Shown: piece by piece, positions 1-9,274 of the stretch | How the letters are laid out: every line of letters starts with the position of its first letter | Numbering within the stretch: position 1 is the first letter of the stretch | Assembly (NCBI GenBank): GCA_035603075.1 | Contig: DATNLC010000032.1 | Coordinates: 27,462 to 91,461, forward strand | Reading direction: 5' to 3' | Source: Candidatus Acidiferrales bacterium | GTDB taxonomy: Bacteria; Acidobacteriota; Terriglobia; Acidiferrales; UBA7541 | Length of the DNA stretch: 64,000 nt | The notes under the pieces: generated by a model | The model's input: only the letters and a program-made list of their open reading frames with translations | Databases searched by the model: none | What the model was told of the DNA's origin: nothing | Program-made: the position numbers and the translations under genes

Positions 1-108
1 GCGGAAACGCAAGAGGAATTGGATGAGGAACTGCCTGATGGAGAAACCAATATAGAGTTGGACGACGCCGACGAAATTGATGACGATACCGAAGACGAGG
101 AGGACTAA
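1..108 (+). CDS. 3' end of an upstream CDS with a poly-acidic C-terminal tail (partial, function unknown)
   Basis: Frame is open from the window edge. It reads AETQEELDEELPDGETNIELDDADEIDDDTEDEED and ends at TAA 106-108. Confidence 0.4.
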   Translation, partial: AETQEELDEELPDGETNIELDDADEIDDDTEDEED

Positions 109-112
109 ATTA

Positions 113-217
113 ATGGAATGGACAGATCAGGTAATGCTGTGGGCGTTTCGCATTGTGGCTTGGATCGTGGTGCTGTGCGATATCGGGATGATAGCCGCTA
201 AACTATTCAAGAGATAG
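113..217 (+). CDS. small hydrophobic ORF (34 aa), hypothetical
   Basis: ATG 113, TAG 215-217. Reads MEWTDQVMLWAFRIVAWIVVLCDIGMIAAKLFKR, one TM-like helix. Too short for the ORF track and has no clear SD. Confidence 0.2.
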   Translation: MEWTDQVMLWAFRIVAWIVVLCDIGMIAAKLFKR

Positions 218-271
218 TCCGCTATGTTCGTTCCCCGCCGCGACAATACGCTCAATAAAGGAGGGCGCGAT

Positions 272-544
272 ATGCAAATCGGTCACTGGGACGCGGAACG
301 CCTGATCTTTGACGGAGAAATCCTCACCACGGATTCAGGCCGCGAGCTTCCCCTGAAACTCCTAACTCAGCAGGAATATAACAATCTCTGGGAATCCATT
401 CCGATGCGGCAATGCTATCGCATGGAGCAGTCGCCATTCCTCCAGTCGAACGGCTATCGCTGTATCGTGACGGATTCGTTAATAGCGTGCATCAGTCAGA
501 CAGGAAACGGAATTCCGGTGAACGCCAGTGTTTATCCCGCGTAG
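272..544 (+). CDS. hypothetical protein
   Basis: The track ORF is 224-544. AAGGAGGG at 258-265 lies 6 nt before the in-frame ATG at 272 (MQIGHWDAERL...), so the shorter start is preferred. Confidence 0.5.
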   Translation: MQIGHWDAERLIFDGEILTTDSGRELPLKLLTQQEYNNLWESIPMRQCYRMEQSPFLQSNGYRCIVTDSLIACISQTGNGIPVNASVYPA

Positions 545-562
545 AGACAACCCGCGCAACTA

Positions 563-2821
563 ATGGGCATCAAGCGCAAAGACGAGAGCCTGAATGACGC
601 TATAGAGGCGTTGGACGAACTCTTTGTGTCCGACGCGGGCTCTGACTTTAATCGTGCTTGGGAAATAGTCAACGCGCAATTCGATTACTCGGAGTTTATA
701 GACGACCAAATCGAAAAGTGTACATACGATCGACGCTACTACTTGGAGAATTACCACATCATCAAAGACGAGCAGGGTCACCCACAAACTCTCTATCCCC
801 TCCTCGATCAACAGGAGCTAATTCTAGAAACCATCGAGCGTGACTGGACTACGGATGGATGTTACCGCCGCATCATCGTCAAGCCCAGACAGTGCGGAGG
901 CACGATCATCGCGGGCGCTCTGACTTTTCAGGCGACTATTTTCAACGAGCGCATGTTCACTCTGATGATGGCCCAAAACCGGGATACGACTTCGGAACTA
1001 GCACGCCGCATCAAAGATGCGTTTTATAATTTGCCCTGGTGGGCTCGTCCGAGGCGCGAGTCGGAAGTTCAGGACACGCACTACATATTCCAAGAGCCGG
1101 ATGAAAAGAAACGCCTCTCCGATCCGGGATTGGGTTCCACGCTTATCATCTCTAACGCCGCGAAAGAGGCGGGCATTGCGATTGGCAAGACCATAAGGTG
1201 CGCGCACTTTTCGGAAGTCTCTCGCTGGCCCGAGTCCGACGCTTGGACAAGCGACATTGAGCCTTCCATGAATGCGCCCGATACACGCGCCATCATGGAA
1301 TCCACAGGCTATGGCAGGCGCGGGATTTTTTACAACATGTGGCTGGAGGCTGTCGAAGGCGGCGATACGGACTGGAAGCCACTGTTCATTCCGGTGTATC
1401 GTGTCCGCAAATATTTCATGCCTATCCGCAAGAGGGAGCAATTCGTTCTCACCGATAAAGAGAGCGCGTTTCGTGAAAGAATACGAACTATCGGCGATGG
1501 CATCGGAAAGTACACTATTCCCAAAGGCTTTTTCAAGTGGCAGCGCCGCAAGATAAAATCCTATATCAAAAAAGCCCGATCCGCGGAGGGTATCTATCAG
1601 TATCAGGAATCCTATCCCGACACTTGGGAAGTGGCTTTTATTTCTTCCGGTCTATGCGCGTTCCCGAGAACGTGCCTCGACGACCAAGAGAGATTGCATT
1701 GCCGTGATCCGATACTGATCGGCGACGTGGAATACGCGGGTATAGACACGGCACCTAGATTCATCAACCTTCATCCGCCTCGGCCAGAAGAGTTGCTCAG
1801 AAAACCCGAACACGAGAACCGCCTTTGGATATGGGAGGAGCCGGATAGTCTCGACGAATCGACGGAATACTACATAAGCGCAGACGTGGCATCCGGGCAG
1901 GGAAAGGATTTCTCGTCCTGCGACATTTTTCGCTTGGGATTCGGTAAAGATGGATGGACGCAAGTCGCTAACTGGCATGGGAAAATAAACGCCTCTCATT
2001 ACGCGCGGATCATCGCCGCTCTCGGTTACTGGTATCACGGTGCCGAGGTGGCGGTGGAGTACCTCGGTCCCGGCGTTACCACGGGTGACGAACTCAAAAA
2101 CCAATTAGACTACGCCGCGTTGTATCGCTGGCGCGTTATGGATAAGATCAGCGGCAATGCCACTCTTCACGTCCATTGGATGACGAATTACAAAACGCGT
2201 GAAGACATGATCCAGCGCGCGTATGAGGCGTTGATTGATGAGACGGTAAAGATTCGCAACAAACACACAATCGCCGAAATGCGCGACTTTGCCCGGTATG
2301 AAGGAGAGGGACGCGCCGAGGGTATCGACAATAACGACGATTATGTTTTTTCTCTGATGATCGCCATCGCTGCCTCCCATCAGGCCGGCAAAGGTGGCGC
2401 GAATTGGAACGAAGAACATCTGACATCGCGGGGAGATAGAGCGGGACTGATGCCCAGCACGCCTGTCATTTATGCGGTGTACGACCAATACCTCCGGCAA
2501 ATAGTAGACACACAGCACCCGACCGAGAAGGAATGCCAAGATATAATCGACCAGTGCCAAGCGAAAGTGAAGATCAAGCTCCCGTGGATTGTCAGAGGTA
2601 TTCAGGTGACGAAAGCGAACACCATATGGTCGCCTATCTTCGACGGGACGAACCAGACGCCCGAGGCCGAGTTGTACAATCAATTCGGGATCGAACCGAA
2701 ACGTATGAATCCCGATCTGGTGACCGCGTACCGGGATTCGTTTAGACGTGGGCAGCAGGGGCACACTCCCGACGAAATGGGGGAGTTTGTAGGCGTGAAC
2801 GATGCCAGCGACGAAGACTAG
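563..2821 (+). CDS. terL: terminase large subunit
   Basis: 752 aa. Walker-A-like KPRQCGGT and a coupling-like ESTG motif. The C-terminal RNaseH-like nuclease region has acidic motifs (YYISADVASG, DDYVFSLMIA). It lies just upstream of the portal, and about 150 extra C-terminal residues end in an acidic tail. Confidence 0.85.
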   Translation: MGIKRKDESLNDAIEALDELFVSDAGSDFNRAWEIVNAQFDYSEFIDDQIEKCTYDRRYYLENYHIIKDEQGHPQTLYPLLDQQELILETIERDWTTDGCYRRIIVKPRQCGGTIIAGALTFQATIFNERMFTLMMAQNRDTTSELARRIKDAFYNLPWWARPRRESEVQDTHYIFQEPDEKKRLSDPGLGSTLIISNAAKEAGIAIGKTIRCAHFSEVSRWPESDAWTSDIEPSMNAPDTRAIMESTGYGRRGIFYNMWLEAVEGGDTDWKPLFIPVYRVRKYFMPIRKREQFVLTDKESAFRERIRTIGDGIGKYTIPKGFFKWQRRKIKSYIKKARSAEGIYQYQESYPDTWEVAFISSGLCAFPRTCLDDQERLHCRDPILIGDVEYAGIDTAPRFINLHPPRPEELLRKPEHENRLWIWEEPDSLDESTEYYISADVASGQGKDFSSCDIFRLGFGKDGWTQVANWHGKINASHYARIIAALGYWYHGAEVAVEYLGPGVTTGDELKNQLDYAALYRWRVMDKISGNATLHVHWMTNYKTREDMIQRAYEALIDETVKIRNKHTIAEMRDFARYEGEGRAEGIDNNDDYVFSLMIAIAASHQAGKGGANWNEEHLTSRGDRAGLMPSTPVIYAVYDQYLRQIVDTQHPTEKECQDIIDQCQAKVKIKLPWIVRGIQVTKANTIWSPIFDGTNQTPEAELYNQFGIEPKRMNPDLVTAYRDSFRRGQQGHTPDEMGEFVGVNDASDED

Positions 2822-3023
2822 AACTATCGGCGTTACCGACGCTTTCTACTGGGAGCTAGCGGGCAAATTGAAACCCGTAGAAGAGCGTTGCGTCGAATCC
2901 GGCCCGGACGGTACGGGACTTATTTTGTGGTCCAAGAATCCCGAAGGGGAGTGCATCAAATTGCTGTTTCAGATTGAAATAGGAGAATTTGTGAATGCGG
3001 GTGGTGACGGAGAGGACGACTGA
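2802..3023 (+). CDS. hypothetical protein
   Basis: 73-aa ORF overlapping the terL end by 20 nt. Its stop overlaps the next start (TGATG at 3021-3025). Confidence 0.45.
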   Translation: MPATKTRTIGVTDAFYWELAGKLKPVEERCVESGPDGTGLILWSKNPEGECIKLLFQIEIGEFVNAGGDGEDD

Positions 3024-3247
3024 TGACAATAACCATAGCCGATCTGCAATCGGATGCTTATGCCCACAAGCGCGTTCCCGATTCCGATAGTGACGACGAA
3101 TTCAACCCCTGGTTCTCCAAAACCGCTGATGGGCAAGTGCTGCTCACTACCAAACTGGGCTGCCGTGTATATCCGGAAAGTGTTTTGTCGAATTTGAGGG
3201 CGAAGGGAATTACATTCTTGTGGGACTGGATAGAGGGTGAGTTATAA
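3023..3247 (+). CDS. hypothetical protein
   Basis: 74-aa ORF, translationally coupled to the previous ORF. Confidence 0.45.
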   Translation: MTITIADLQSDAYAHKRVPDSDSDDEFNPWFSKTADGQVLLTTKLGCRVYPESVLSNLRAKGITFLWDWIEGEL

Positions 3248-3272
3248 GATATCAAGAATAAGGACAACCGAC

Positions 3273-3746
3273 ATGCCGATCGGAGTGGAGCCGAAACGTA
3301 AATGGTCGCTGGAATCTTTCATTGTCAGCAATATCTGGCGGCTGGAGTGTAAGTATTGGTTCAAACGGCGACCGGATTGGATTCATCCACTCATCGGTCC
3401 ATCATCCGAGTGTAGAGGCAGGTTCTTGGTGTTCATGTTCCGCTGGCGGCAATCGTGCTGGTGGCCTCCGTTCTGGGGGGCACTCTTCCGCTTCGATGAG
3501 GAGTACGATCCCAAGACTCGCGGCTGGCGTGTGGCGATAATAGCCATTCCGCTGTTCGCGTTTAGCTGGCAGTTCCGTTATCCGGCGTTCGATAGTTTGT
3601 GTGTCGAGACTTCGATGTGGGTGAGCGCGCTTCCGGGAATGCCCGATCCGGGAGCGATCATGCCATCAACGTATCGTAAAGTGTGGATGAGTACTCGTCT
3701 CACCGATTACCGATCATGGGAGGAGGCCGCGCGCCATCATGTTTAA
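3273..3746 (+). CDS. hypothetical Trp-rich protein
   Basis: The track ORF is 3237-3746. ATG 3273 follows AAGGA and avoids overlap with the previous gene. Trp/Arg/Phe-rich with hydrophobic stretches. Confidence 0.45.
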   Translation: MPIGVEPKRKWSLESFIVSNIWRLECKYWFKRRPDWIHPLIGPSSECRGRFLVFMFRWRQSCWWPPFWGALFRFDEEYDPKTRGWRVAIIAIPLFAFSWQFRYPAFDSLCVETSMWVSALPGMPDPGAIMPSTYRKVWMSTRLTDYRSWEEAARHHV

Positions 3747-3963
3747 CGAAGAGTGTAAGCGTTTTAATTGTCGTGTCTCAGAGATGTCCTGTGCTCCATG
3801 CGGATGCGGTGGCCACTTAGTCGTCACTAACCACCGTCACGCCGACAACTCGTTCAAGAATTTCGATTCCCCCAATTGGATTGACGAGAGCTGGGCGCAC
3901 AGCATGATAAGCGAGTCGATTGAGCATGTGTCACCGGAGGTGGCTCTGTGCCTGCTCTCCTAA
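3739..3963 (+). CDS. hypothetical Cys-rich protein
   Basis: 74 aa containing CAPCGCGGH. Overlaps the neighbouring ORFs by a few nt. Confidence 0.4.
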   Translation: MFNEECKRFNCRVSEMSCAPCGCGGHLVVTNHRHADNSFKNFDSPNWIDESWAHSMISESIEHVSPEVALCLLS

Positions 3964-4496
3964 AACCTATTGACAGTAATTGCCTCTACGTCTACTGCGC
4001 CGCTTGTGAAGCCAACGGCAACCCCAACGTCATGCTGATGCGCGAGCTTGACAAAGTTAGCTGTCCTCTGGGGCATATCTATTCCGGCCAGCAACTCATG
4101 TCCGTCGCCGGGCACTCCGAACAGGGCGCGACTGTCGCTCCCACATCCAATCTCAACATGGTGAAACTCGTGGACTTTCAACCTGACTCTCCCTTGGATA
4201 CCGACATCAAATGGAATATTTTCGTGCATCCTCAAGTTCGCTCACTGCTTGAGCAGAAGTTTAAGGGGCGATTGTGGGTGACGATCTCTACTCATCTCGC
4301 TGCCCTCGCCGACAATGCGATTGTCATACTGTCGGGTGCGGATGCGGCCAAGTTACGCAAGCGCGGACTGACCACCAGCCCGCAGATCGTAGCGGCGCTC
4401 GATGCCTCCGCCGAACTGGAAAAGGAAGTCGCACGGTTGCAAGCGCAGGTCGAACAATACGCTAACATTTTCCGTCAAGCGGGGGTGACACAGTAA
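3948..4496 (+). CDS. hypothetical protein, N-terminal Cys/His zinc-ribbon-like region plus C-terminal coiled coil
   Basis: 182 aa with a GTG start. Contains YCAAC...CPLGH. The C-terminus LEKEVARLQAQVEQYANIF is heptad-like. Confidence 0.45.
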   Translation: MPALLKPIDSNCLYVYCAACEANGNPNVMLMRELDKVSCPLGHIYSGQQLMSVAGHSEQGATVAPTSNLNMVKLVDFQPDSPLDTDIKWNIFVHPQVRSLLEQKFKGRLWVTISTHLAALADNAIVILSGADAAKLRKRGLTTSPQIVAALDASAELEKEVARLQAQVEQYANIFRQAGVTQ

Positions 4497-4527
4497 CGCT
4501 TGCATCTGCTGGTACAATTCCATCAGC

Positions 4528-6402
4528 GTGGCCACTACTCCCACTCCCGTTATCGGTGAGACTCCTCCATCGGCTGCGCTCGTCTCCGCGCAAGCCAAGG
4601 CGATGATGCTGGAAAAAGAGGTGGTCGAGTACACTGATCGCTTATTTTCCCAAGCCACCGAAGACCCCGACTACGAACGTGAGTGCCGCGAGACCATGAG
4701 GCTCGTGGATTACGTTTACGAAAATCGCCAGTGGCGCGAAGGTTCCAGGTTCTCTCGCAATCGCCCGGTGATGAACAAATCCGCCCGGCACGCATGGGAG
4801 TTGACGGCTCTCCTTACCGATCTGGCCCTCGATTTCCAAGTCAGTGCGGGTACGCTCTCCGGCGAGTACTCCCAGATGCAGGAGATGCTCAACTCCCTGT
4901 GTCTGCACTGGGCTTTAAAAAATTATTTCGAGCAGCGTATCTACGACGTGGTGCTCTACGGTATTCTCCACACCGGACCGGCAAAACTTCAATGGAATTC
5001 TTCTCTGCAAGGCGGCATGGGTGATGTACAACTAGTTCCTATAGCTCCGTGGCAGTGGGCGACTCTGGGCTGCGGCAATGATCCGCAAGAAGCGGAATGC
5101 ATTATGTACTTCCCGGTCGTCACCAAGGACCATCTCATCCGCCGCTTCGGCAAGACGGCGATGCGGGTGGAGTGCGATGCCGATTTCAACAACTCTCTCA
5201 GCGGCGGTTTCAACCGCCCATCGGGCATCAGCAAATCGTCGTGGGCAACGATGGGATCGATGCTGAAAAAGAGAATGGGAGTCAAAGCCTCGGCGGGCTC
5301 GGATGATCCATACCCGAAAGCGGTACTGAAAGAATTTTGGCTCACGGACGACAGCCGGAACGAAGGATCGGTAACGGTGACGGTTGGGCCCGCGGACAGC
5401 AATGGGGAACCACTTGTCAATTGGGCGTACCGCGTCGAACCGGGAGAGATGTTGTATCCGCGCGGGCGCATCATCTGCACCGCAGGCGGAGCAGTCCTCG
5501 AAGACGCTCCCAATCCCTACTGGCACGCTAAGAAACCTTTTCCCGTGTTCCGTCCCAATCGCGTACCGTGGAAGATGTCGGGGAACAGCGTCCTCAAGCC
5601 GTGGGTAGAGATCAACAACATCATCAATAAGATTCTGGGCGGGTCGCTCGATTCGTTGTATTCGATTAACGAGCCCACGCTAATTGGTCCAAAGGGGGCA
5701 CTCCCTAAAGCCGACTGGGACGCTCTTGATCCAGGTGCTGCGGGTGGTAAAATCGCCACCAATAATAATGCACCCGGCAAGCTCGAATTCGCAAAGCGAG
5801 CCGAGTTCCCGTTTGTTGCCGCAATGCAGTACGTGGATACGCTCTCAAAAGAGTTGGATATGTCGTCCACGAACAGCGCAATCTCTCAAGCACTGGGCAA
5901 AAAGCAAGTACCCGGTGAGGGCTCGATCGACAAGATTCTTTCCTCGCGTTCACTTCCTGTCCGCGTACAGACTCGTGCGTTAACCGACTTCGTCGAAGAT
6001 ACTGGATTCATGGGTGTATCGAACATGCTTCAGTTTTATACCGCTGCGCATCGCGTTGCTATTCTCGGCCAGCAAGGATTATCGCCATCCGATTTCCGTC
6101 CTATCTACTCACAGTTTTACAATCAATCCGCCGGCATGAAGCCCGAAGAGTTTGTAAGAAAGTTTCAGTTTGTCATCAAGCCCGACTCGACTCTCGCTAC
6201 CCAGCGCGACGATAAAGTTGCCATCGCAATCGCGTTGCAGAAGCAAGGCGTGCTCAGTGCTCGCGGCATGTTCGCGCGTCTCGACCCCGGATTTAATTTT
6301 GACAAGAACCAGCAGGAATTGATTGCGGAAGCCAAGATCAAAATTGCTCTGGGCGCGGTCGCTGCCGCCGCCACAGGCAAAGGCCAATCTCACAAGAAGT
6401 AA
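4528..6402 (+). CDS. portal protein
   Basis: 624 aa with a GTG start. Lies downstream of terL (five small ORFs between) and upstream of scaffold and capsid. Size and position are typical of portals. Confidence 0.75.
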   Translation: MATTPTPVIGETPPSAALVSAQAKAMMLEKEVVEYTDRLFSQATEDPDYERECRETMRLVDYVYENRQWREGSRFSRNRPVMNKSARHAWELTALLTDLALDFQVSAGTLSGEYSQMQEMLNSLCLHWALKNYFEQRIYDVVLYGILHTGPAKLQWNSSLQGGMGDVQLVPIAPWQWATLGCGNDPQEAECIMYFPVVTKDHLIRRFGKTAMRVECDADFNNSLSGGFNRPSGISKSSWATMGSMLKKRMGVKASAGSDDPYPKAVLKEFWLTDDSRNEGSVTVTVGPADSNGEPLVNWAYRVEPGEMLYPRGRIICTAGGAVLEDAPNPYWHAKKPFPVFRPNRVPWKMSGNSVLKPWVEINNIINKILGGSLDSLYSINEPTLIGPKGALPKADWDALDPGAAGGKIATNNNAPGKLEFAKRAEFPFVAAMQYVDTLSKELDMSSTNSAISQALGKKQVPGEGSIDKILSSRSLPVRVQTRALTDFVEDTGFMGVSNMLQFYTAAHRVAILGQQGLSPSDFRPIYSQFYNQSAGMKPEEFVRKFQFVIKPDSTLATQRDDKVAIAIALQKQGVLSARGMFARLDPGFNFDKNQQELIAEAKIKIALGAVAAAATGKGQSHKK

Positions 6403-6572
6403 CTCTCTCCGAAATAAATTTGCCCTTCGTGGCCTTTGCCGTAGACAAGATTCCAATCTTGCCTTCATCATCCCCATCAGGAACAGTCGGTACCACAGCC
6501 TGCGATCCTGTTCCACGGGCCGGATGGTTGACCCGATTCGATAACTCAAATCTGAGGAAGGAGGACAACATT

Positions 6573-6635
6573 ATGGCTCGACGCAAAGGGCGCGGCAAAA
6601 AGGGACGTAAGGGCGGCCGCAAACATAAGCGCTAA
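6573..6635 (+). CDS. 20-aa polybasic peptide (MARRKGRGKKGRKGGRKHKR)
   Basis: GGAAGGAGG at 6557-6565 lies 7 nt before ATG 6573; TAA 6633-6635. 13 of 20 residues are Arg/Lys/His. The track shows a longer TTG-initiated version (6420-6635). Confidence 0.45.
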   Translation: MARRKGRGKKGRKGGRKHKR

Positions 6636-6758
6636 CCATTCGGTTAGTTAAGTCATCTGCGGGACGGCGAGCGGGGGTCATGCGATACGCGGATTCTCAC
6701 AACCGTCCCGCAACACAATCACCTACAGCGGTAACAGTCTCACTGGGAGCACTCAATC

Positions 6759-7010
6759 ATGGCGAAAGAATCCAAGGGCAAGGGTAAGAACATGGAAGTC
6801 GGAAAGCGTCCCGGACCGGGATCGACTCACGAGTCGTTCGGTGGCAACCCCGGAGATGTGGGGATCGGCGGCGGCACGATGCACATGTTCGGGCATCGCA
6901 AGATGGAATCGGGCGTGTGGCCGGGGAATCCCGTCAGCGTGGACCAGAAGACCGGGTACCCGCAGGGATGGGACGGGAAGAGTATGGGTCCGAAGGCGGG
7001 GAAGAACTAA
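6759..7010 (+). CDS. hypothetical Gly-rich protein
   Basis: 83 aa, Gly/Pro/Lys-rich, located in the head module. Confidence 0.5.
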   Translation: MAKESKGKGKNMEVGKRPGPGSTHESFGGNPGDVGIGGGTMHMFGHRKMESGVWPGNPVSVDQKTGYPQGWDGKSMGPKAGKN

Positions 7011-7022
7011 CAACCGACATTC

Positions 7023-7409
7023 ATGGCTGACTCCTCCAAATCGAAAGGCGCACCGAGTTTCTACTCCGCTGCCGCCGACATGGCAATGGGCGGTAAGAGC
7101 AGCGGTGGCGCTCCGGGTGCTCCTCCTCCGGGTGGCGCTGGCGATCAGTCCGGCGAGGAAGCCAAGATCATGGCTACTCTGCTGGAAGTGTTCGATAAAT
7201 GGGACAAGTTGACCAAAGACCCGAAGAAGAAGGAAAAGATTCAACAGTTGGTATCGCTCGTGAAAGAGATGCAGTCGGGTATGGGTGGGGACAGTGGTGG
7301 CAAGATGCCCCCGAGCGGAGATGCGAATCCAACGCCGGATGCGAGCGCGGCAGGTGGAGCAGGTGGTGCGCCTCCTCCTCCGGGTGGTGGGCAGCAGGTA
7401 CCAGCATAA
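7023..7409 (+). CDS. hypothetical Gly/Pro/Ala-rich protein with a central helical segment
   Basis: 128 aa. Low-complexity ends (GGAPGAPPPGGAG, GGAGGAPPPPGGG) flank IMATLLEVFDKWDKLTKDPKKKEKIQQLVSLVKEMQ. Confidence 0.5.
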   Translation: MADSSKSKGAPSFYSAAADMAMGGKSSGGAPGAPPPGGAGDQSGEEAKIMATLLEVFDKWDKLTKDPKKKEKIQQLVSLVKEMQSGMGGDSGGKMPPSGDANPTPDASAAGGAGGAPPPPGGGQQVPA

Positions 7410-7438
7410 CGATATCGCGGTAATGGGAGACGATTGAT

Positions 7439-8257
7439 ATGGCAAAGACTCTGAGTGAAGAACTATTAGCCCTGATCGCGGATGATCCGGCAGCTACGGC
7501 CCGCGTCAAGGCTGCATTTGCGTCCAAACCGGAACTGATCGCGCGCGACCTCAAAGGATCGGAACTGATCGATATCTGGTCGAATTTCGGCGGCGAGTTG
7601 GAGACTCCCGCCGTGACCACTCCGGCTGTGGTGCATACTCCCGCTCTGCCGAGTTCGGCATCGACATCCGCTGCTGCCACTGTGCCCGTAACCACCAACA
7701 CTAACGACGCCGGTGGATACGCGGCGATCCTCGCCAAACTGGATGGTATCCAGACAGGCATCGACGCCAAGATCAGTGAGCGGTTAAAGAACGTCGTGAC
7801 CGAGGACAAGCTCCCCGCGTACCGATCTGAACTGCTTACCTTGGCAATCAAATCCGCCGACGACTACGCATCCGTGCGCGAGTCCCACCGCGAGGAATTC
7901 AAAGAGCCTCTGGATCGCACGGCGTTTGAAAAGTTCGTCGCCGATTCGACCGCAGCCAATATCAAGTTTCCGTCGATGAAGGCCGCGCACGACACGTTCG
8001 TCGCCGAGAAGCGCACCGCTGCGCAAGCGACCGCGAAGAAAGCTGAGATCGATGCCGCAGTGGCCGAAGCCCTCAAACAGCAACGGTCAAGTACGAGCGT
8101 TCCCGGCCAGACTGTCACTGCTGGCATGAGCCCGGCGGCACAAGTGATCGCGAAAGCGAAGGCGGCTAAGGCCAATAATGGTGGCGAGTCGAATGCGATG
8201 CGCGTGGCGAGATTGCTCGAAGCGCAGGACCGCGCACAGCAGGACATGATTCAGTAG
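7439..8257 (+). CDS. scaffolding protein (candidate)
   Basis: 272 aa, Ala/Lys/Glu-rich and helical-looking, immediately upstream of the capsid gene. GGGAG SD is present. Confidence 0.6.
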   Translation: MAKTLSEELLALIADDPAATARVKAAFASKPELIARDLKGSELIDIWSNFGGELETPAVTTPAVVHTPALPSSASTSAAATVPVTTNTNDAGGYAAILAKLDGIQTGIDAKISERLKNVVTEDKLPAYRSELLTLAIKSADDYASVRESHREEFKEPLDRTAFEKFVADSTAANIKFPSMKAAHDTFVAEKRTAAQATAKKAEIDAAVAEALKQQRSSTSVPGQTVTAGMSPAAQVIAKAKAAKANNGGESNAMRVARLLEAQDRAQQDMIQ

Positions 8258-8290
8258 CACAGTTGTTAACGATTTCAGGAGAACATCGCA

Positions 8291-9265
8291 ATGGCGAACT
8301 TGAGCGATATCCAAGCCGTAACCGTGAATTACGTGAGCGACACTTTTGTCGATAATTTTTTCAAAGTGTCCCCGACCTTCGTCAAAGTCTGGAAGGGCGG
8401 CGAGATGGCCAAGCCCTACCCCGGCGGCGTCCAGATCCAAGCGCCATTCCAATACGCCCCTCTGAAGGCTGGCCCGTTCGCGCCGGGCGGAGTGTTTGAC
8501 ATCTCCTACGTGCAGACCCAGACTGCGATGTTGTTCAATCCCAAATTCAGCTATGCGAACGTCACAGTCCGCCGCACGGACTTGGCTATCAACCGCGGCT
8601 GGCCTGCTGTGATGAACTTTTTGGAGCCTAAAGTCGTGAACGCGGAGCAAGCCCTCGCCCAAACCCTCATCACTCAGTTCTTTGAGGACGGGCAGGGTAC
8701 CGTCTCCCCTCTGATCGCGCTCGACGGTATCCTCGCCGGGTACGACGACGGTACCAATTACCCCACGTATGGTGGGATTACCCGTTCGTCAGTGGGCACG
8801 GGCGCATCCGCCGGCATCAACGGCTATTACTTCAACAACTCCGGCACCACCTGGCCGTTCTCGCTCCAGCAACTCCAGACCGCATTCGGCCAAGCCACGT
8901 TCGGCCCCAACCAGCCGAATTTCATCGCCACCACTCAGTCCATCTACAACTCGTTCTGGGCGAAGATGCTGCCCATGCAGCGGACGATGGAAATCGATCC
9001 CGATTTGCAAGGCGCGGGATTCCGGGCGTTCCGGTTTAACGGCATGAGTGTCGTAGTCGATCAGTATTGTCCGAGCGGGTACATTTTCGGCATGAATACC
9101 GACTACATTGACGCTTACGTCAGCGAGGATCCGGCGTTCAATTTCGGGTTCACGGGCTGGAAGGAGTTGCCGAACAGTCTGGATATGGCGGCGCAGACCG
9201 TATTCGGGGGCAACATTGTCGTGACCGCTCCGAGGCTTGGTTTCATTCTGGCGAGCGTGAGTTAA
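8291..9265 (+). CDS. major capsid protein
   Basis: 324 aa with a strong SD (CAGGAG). Position follows portal and scaffold; size and composition fit an HK97-fold coat protein. Confidence 0.8.
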   Translation: MANLSDIQAVTVNYVSDTFVDNFFKVSPTFVKVWKGGEMAKPYPGGVQIQAPFQYAPLKAGPFAPGGVFDISYVQTQTAMLFNPKFSYANVTVRRTDLAINRGWPAVMNFLEPKVVNAEQALAQTLITQFFEDGQGTVSPLIALDGILAGYDDGTNYPTYGGITRSSVGTGASAGINGYYFNNSGTTWPFSLQQLQTAFGQATFGPNQPNFIATTQSIYNSFWAKMLPMQRTMEIDPDLQGAGFRAFRFNGMSVVVDQYCPSGYIFGMNTDYIDAYVSEDPAFNFGFTGWKELPNSLDMAAQTVFGGNIVVTAPRLGFILASVS

Positions 9266-9274
9266 AATGGCGCA

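Noticed and set aside
6403-6758. tRNA or other small RNA gene in the two long spacers around the polybasic peptide
   Set aside because: No GTTCRANYC-type T-loop, acceptor-stem pairing or cloverleaf could be drawn by eye. Only the simple inverted repeats reported in the finding are present.
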